NCBI GenBank assembly: GCA_963727485.1
Contig: CAVSGM010000002.1
Span: forward strand, 256,001 to 320,000
Source of the DNA: an uncultured delta proteobacterium
GTDB taxonomy: Bacteria > Myxococcota > Myxococcia > SLRQ01
DNA: 64,000 nt
Direction of reading: 5' to 3'
Shown: positions 60,107-64,000 of the stretch, piece by piece
How the letters are laid out: every line of letters starts with the position of its first letter
Position numbering within the stretch: the first letter of the stretch is position 1
Translations under genes and position numbers: made by a program
Notes under the pieces: model-generated
The model's database searches: none
The model's input: the letters and a program-made list of their open reading frames with translations, nothing else
Told to the model about the DNA's origin: nothing

Positions 60107-61195
60107 GTGGCGGTCTCGGTGAGCCCCTCGGACCGGTGGCGTCGCCTCGCCTGGGGCCTCGGCCTCCTCGCCACCCTCGTGGGCCTGGTGTGGGTGGCCT
60201 CGGAGGTCCGCAGCGTCACCGTGCCCCTGGTGACCGGCTTCATCATCGCCTACCTCCTCGACCCCCTGGTCGACCGCCTGGAGAGCCGGCGCCTGGGCCG
60301 GACCCCGGCGATCGCGGTGTTGCTCTTCGGCTTCCTGGTCCTGGTGGTGGCGGTGCTGCTCCTCCTCGGCCCCCAGGTGGTCAAAGAGCTCGCCCAGATC
60401 CCCGGCAAGCTCCACCAGGTGCTCGCGCGCTTCGTCCCCTGGCTCGAGGCCACCTTCCACATCGCCGTGCCCCACAACGTCGAGGACGCCTTCAACGGGT
60501 TGCTCAAGGGCCTCGACACCCTCGACCTGAGGAGCCTCGCCAGGCCCGCCGGCTCGGTCCTCAAGGCCGTCTTCGGCGGCACCGTGAGCGTCATCGCCTC
60601 CTTCGCCGGCGCGGTGATGGTCCCGGTCTTCGCCTTCTACCTCCTGCGCGACTTCGACGACCTGGTCGCCTGGATCCACGACCTCATCCCCGCCTCCTAC
60701 CGGGCGCCCATCTCCGCCCGGTTCCGGGAGATCGACGCGGCCATGAGCTCGTTCATCCGCGGGCAGGTCACCGTCGCCGCGATCCTCGCCGGCCTCTACT
60801 CCCTGGGCCTGTGGGTGGTGGGGTTGCCGCTGGCGCTGGTGGTGGGTCTGGTCGCCGGCTTCGGGAACATGATCCCCTACGTGGGCACCACCCTGGGCCT
60901 GTTGCTGGCCACCCTGATGGCCCTCATCGACTGGCACGGCTTCGGCCACCTCCTGGTGGTCTACGCGGTGTTCGCGGTGGTACAGGGCCTCGAGGGCTGG
61001 GTCATCACCCCGAAGATCGTCGGCGAGTCGGTGGGCCTCTCGCCGTTCGCGGTCATCGTCGCCATCCTCTTCTTCGGCGCGATCTTCGGCTTCTTCGGCA
61101 TCCTCATCGCCGTCCCCCTCGCCGCGGTGCTGAAGATCCTCCTCCGGGTGGCCCTCGACTGGTACCGGGCCTCGGACTTCTACCGGGAGGCCTGA
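60107..61195 (+). CDS. AI-2E family transporter
   Basis: IAYLLDPLVD, FYLLRD, FIRGQ, IPYVG, ITPKIVGESVGLSP, GILIAVP. Confidence 0.92.
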   Translation: MAVSVSPSDRWRRLAWGLGLLATLVGLVWVASEVRSVTVPLVTGFIIAYLLDPLVDRLESRRLGRTPAIAVLLFGFLVLVVAVLLLLGPQVVKELAQIPGKLHQVLARFVPWLEATFHIAVPHNVEDAFNGLLKGLDTLDLRSLARPAGSVLKAVFGGTVSVIASFAGAVMVPVFAFYLLRDFDDLVAWIHDLIPASYRAPISARFREIDAAMSSFIRGQVTVAAILAGLYSLGLWVVGLPLALVVGLVAGFGNMIPYVGTTLGLLLATLMALIDWHGFGHLLVVYAVFAVVQGLEGWVITPKIVGESVGLSPFAVIVAILFFGAIFGFFGILIAVPLAAVLKILLRVALDWYRASDFYREA

Positions 61196-62268
61196 TGCGG
61201 CGGGTGAAGCTGGTGGTCAGCGACTTCCACGTGGGCACCGGGCGCTACCGGGCCGACGGCAGCCGCAACGAGCTCGAGGACTTCTACTTCGACGAGAAGT
61301 TCGTCGAGTTCCTCGAGTTCCACCGTACCGGCGCCTTCGCCGACGCCGAGGTCGAGGTGATCATCAACGGCGACTTCCTCAACCTCCTGCAGCAGTCCGA
61401 GGGGGTCGCCGACGGGGACCTGTTCACCGAGCGCGCCTGCATCGACCTGATGACCCGGGTCCTCGAGGGGCACCGCGAGCTCTTCGACGCCCTGGCGGTG
61501 TTCTGCGCCGAGCCGACGCGGACCCTCTCCATCGTGGTCGGCAACCATGACCCGGGGCTGCTCTTCGACGGGGTGCAGGCCCTCCTCGCCGAGCGCCTCG
61601 GCGGCCAGGTGCGCTTCTTCACCGACCACTACGACTTCGACGACGTCCACGTGGAGCACGGCAACCAGTTCGACACCCTCAACGCCTTCCCCAGGAAGCG
61701 CTTCCTCACCCGCGGGCTCCCGGAGCCGGTGGTGAACCTGCCCTGGGGCTCCCACTACCTCATCCAGGTGATGAGCCGGGAGAAGCGCCTGCGGCCCCAC
61801 ATCGACAAGGTCGTGCCCCACGGCCGGTTCTTCCGCTGGTCCCTGGTCCACGACACCCGGTGGTCGCTCAAGGTGATCCTCCACTCGATCACCTTCCTGA
61901 TCCGGTCGGTCTTCTTCCAGGTGCCCCAGCGCAAGTTCAACCTCAAGGAGCTGCTCCCGAGGCTGTGGCGCTACAAGCCGTCGCCGACCCTGGCGCGGGA
62001 GGCCCGGGGGCTCCTCGAGCGCGGGGGCTACCGGGTGGTGATCCTCGGCCACACCCACATCGCCCTCTACCGCGAGTACCCCGGCGGCCGGGTCTACGTG
62101 AACACCGGCACCTGGAATCACGTCACCTCCCTGGACGTTGGCTCCCTCGGCCGCCTGGTGCGCCTCACCTATGCCTATCTCGAGCTCGACCCCGAGTCCG
62201 GGCGCTGGCAGCCCCACCTCCGGGAGTGGCGCGGCTACCACCGCATGGTGGAGGAGCTCTATCGCTAG
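61195..62268 (+). CDS. Metallophosphoesterase (LpxH-like fold)
   Basis: SDFHVG, NGDFL, GNHD, EHGNQFD, GHTH, VNTGTW; TGATG overlap. Confidence 0.85.
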   Translation: MRRVKLVVSDFHVGTGRYRADGSRNELEDFYFDEKFVEFLEFHRTGAFADAEVEVIINGDFLNLLQQSEGVADGDLFTERACIDLMTRVLEGHRELFDALAVFCAEPTRTLSIVVGNHDPGLLFDGVQALLAERLGGQVRFFTDHYDFDDVHVEHGNQFDTLNAFPRKRFLTRGLPEPVVNLPWGSHYLIQVMSREKRLRPHIDKVVPHGRFFRWSLVHDTRWSLKVILHSITFLIRSVFFQVPQRKFNLKELLPRLWRYKPSPTLAREARGLLERGGYRVVILGHTHIALYREYPGGRVYVNTGTWNHVTSLDVGSLGRLVRLTYAYLELDPESGRWQPHLREWRGYHRMVEELYR

Positions 62269-63289
62269 GCCCGCCATCCTCTCCGTCCTCGTCGCGGCCC
62301 TCGTCGCCGGCCCCGCCACCGCGGCGCCCGTGCCCGGGGACGGCGACGCGGGCGCCCCCGACGCGCCCCGGACCCACCGGGGGCTGCCGGCGCGGACCTC
62401 GGACATCCCGGCGCCGAACGGACCCCGTCCCCCGGCGCTCCCGGCGGGCCAGAGCCCCCAGGCCATCGAGGCCCTCGACGTGGACCTGGGGCCGGTGCCC
62501 AAGGAGGTGGTGGTCGGGGAGGCGACGGGCCTCGACGACCTCCAGCGCCTCGCCCACGTCCCCGGCACCCGGGTGGGCCTGGCCCTCGAGGGGGGCAACA
62601 CCCTCCGGCCCGAGGAGGTCGACCGCCTCGCGCACCTGGGGCGGGTGCACCTCTGGCTCGGGGTACCGCTGCTCCCGGTGCACCTCGAGGTCATCCGCCG
62701 GGTGAAGGCCATCTGCGATGTGACCGTGACCCTCCCGGCCGGGGTCACCCCCTCGGCGACCCTCCTGGGGCGGCTCTCGGCCTTCGGGCCTGGGCGGGTG
62801 GTCCTGCGCCTCGAGGGGCCCGTGACCCCGGCGCGCCTGGCGCCGCTGGCGGGGCGGGGTCACCCGGTGCTCTCCCTGGGGCTCCCGGCGACGGGCCTGG
62901 ATCGGGCCCTGACGCGGGCCCTGAAGGCCTTTGGAGGGCCGGTGGTGCTCCGGATCCCCGCCGGGACCAATCCCCGGGCCCTCGTCGGGCTGCGGCGGCT
63001 CCGGGGCCTCCGGATCGCCGAGGTCGATCTCCTCACCGATGCCAACCGGGTCGCCCCCCGGGTACTCGCCGCCGCCGGCCACCTCGGGGTCCCGATGCGG
63101 GTGAGCCTGGACGGGTCGGTCACCGCCGAGGATCTCCGGGTCCTCCGGAAGGTGCCCCGGCTCGCCCTCCGGATCCGCCTGGCGCCGGCGGACGAGGTGC
63201 CCCCGCGGCTGGTCCGCCTCCTCCTCGCGAGCGCCGGCGCCGCCGGGGAGGGGTGGTCGCCGGCGGGCGGGGACGCACCGTCTCATTGA
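62171..63289 (+). CDS. Hypothetical exported protein, start uncertain
   Basis: Long ORF with hydrophobic signal-like segment (AILSVLVAALVAGPATA); nearest in-frame ATG overlaps the upstream gene by ~100 nt. Confidence 0.5.
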   Translation: MPISSSTPSPGAGSPTSGSGAATTAWWRSSIARPAILSVLVAALVAGPATAAPVPGDGDAGAPDAPRTHRGLPARTSDIPAPNGPRPPALPAGQSPQAIEALDVDLGPVPKEVVVGEATGLDDLQRLAHVPGTRVGLALEGGNTLRPEEVDRLAHLGRVHLWLGVPLLPVHLEVIRRVKAICDVTVTLPAGVTPSATLLGRLSAFGPGRVVLRLEGPVTPARLAPLAGRGHPVLSLGLPATGLDRALTRALKAFGGPVVLRIPAGTNPRALVGLRRLRGLRIAEVDLLTDANRVAPRVLAAAGHLGVPMRVSLDGSVTAEDLRVLRKVPRLALRIRLAPADEVPPRLVRLLLASAGAAGEGWSPAGGDAPSH

Positions 63290-63314
63290 CACGGGTGGGA
63301 CGCCGGTGTACCAA
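63286..63314 (+). promoter_or_regulatory. tRNA promoter
   Basis: TTGACA-17 bp-TACCAA. Confidence 0.5.
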
Positions 63315-63346
63315 ACGGCCCGCTCCGCGTGGAGCCAGCAGAATAG

Positions 63347-63421
63347 AGGCGCGTAGCTCAGGGGTAGAGCGCTACCTTGACACGGTAGAGGTCGGCGGTT
63401 CGAAACCGCCCGCGCCTACCA
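63347..63421 (+). tRNA. tRNA-Val (GAC)
   Basis: Acceptor AGGCGCG/CGCGCCT, anticodon arm CTACC-TTGACAC-GGTAG, GGTTCGAAACC T arm, encoded CCA. Confidence 0.97.
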
Positions 63422-63498
63422 GGCCCCTTGGGGCCGTGGCTTGACGAAGTCCGGGCCACGGCCCCAACATATCCGGGCGCTTCCACTGACGGGAGCGC

Positions 63499-63526
63499 TT
63501 GACAGCATCACGACAATCGGTATTTT
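63499..63526 (+). promoter_or_regulatory. Putative infC promoter
   Basis: TTGACA-16 bp-TATTTT. Confidence 0.5.
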
Positions 63527-63622
63527 TCCCGCGTCCCGACCCCGCCTTGGGCGGGGTCCTTGCGTCCCCAGGCCACGGGCACGGGGGAGAAGCAGCAAAC
63601 CCCTTTTTGGGAGGGTTCGACC

Positions 63623-64000
63623 ATCCGTAGCAACCACCGTTCCTCGCGTCCCCAGGAGCGCGACCTGCGCACCAACCGGCGAATCCGAGTCCGTGAGGTC
63701 ATGGTCATCGACCAGGCCGGAGAGAAGCTGGGTGTGATGCCCACCGACGTCGCCCTGAAGCGCGCCGAGGAGGCGGGCCTGGATCTCGTCGAGGTCGCCC
63801 CGGACTCCAGGCCGCCGGTCTGCAAGATCCTGGACTACGGCAAGTTCAAGTACACGAACAAGAAGCGGCAGAACGAGGCCAAGAAGCACCACACGACCCA
63901 GGAGCTCAAGGAGGTCAAGCTTCGTCCCAAGACGGACGAGCACGACTACGACTTCAAGCTCAAGCACGCGCGCCGCTTCCTCGAGAGCGGCGACAAGGTC
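63623..64000 (+). CDS. infC: Translation initiation factor IF-3, 5' part (ATC start); absent from the ORF track
   Basis: Manual translation: [79 protein letters not shown] 7 nt before ATC. Confidence 0.95.
   Translation, partial: MRSNHRSSRPQERDLRTNRRIRVREVMVIDQAGEKLGVMPTDVALKRAEEAGLDLVEVAPDSRPPVCKILDYGKFKYTNKKRQNEAKKHHTTQELKEVKLRPKTDEHDYDFKLKHARRFLESGDKV

Noticed and set aside
63347..63421. tRNA-Val as an island integration site
   Set aside because: No duplicated tRNA 3' end, integrase or compositional shift was noticed.

Overview
64 kb of very GC-rich bacterial chromosome whose gene content points to Myxococcota (myxobacteria-related deltaproteobacteria). Most of it is housekeeping: pyk, mdh-sucCD-ndk, rlmN, mtnP, hom, glpX, eno, a cell-wall amidase, glnD, typA, tRNA-Val(GAC) and the 5' part of infC (ATC start). 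The main accessory block (35.5-50.6 kb) is an unsplit Glt/Nfs-type trans-envelope machine (two OM beta-barrels, gltC-D-E-F-G-H). It is headed by a stand-alone rplC, a 73-cysteine modular lipoprotein and a MIDAS-bearing VWA lipoprotein, which together look like a variant adhesin module. A second uncharacterised envelope operon (56.6-59.9 kb) encodes LPP20/FlgP-like, FlgT-N-like, PEGA and FecR proteins with no flagellar genes nearby. Smaller observations: a 65-codon in-frame remnant of isocitrate dehydrogenase before mdh, an out-of-frame FGE/PKD chimera, a candidate four-way-junction RNA before a CNNM/CorB transporter, several c-di-GMP components (2 PilZ, a GGEEF cyclase, an MshEN-like motif), and nine single-base frameshifts, all in the first 30 kb and most likely sequencing errors. 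No CRISPR array, rRNA, integrase or transposase was seen. All family calls come from motif recognition by eye, not database searches.
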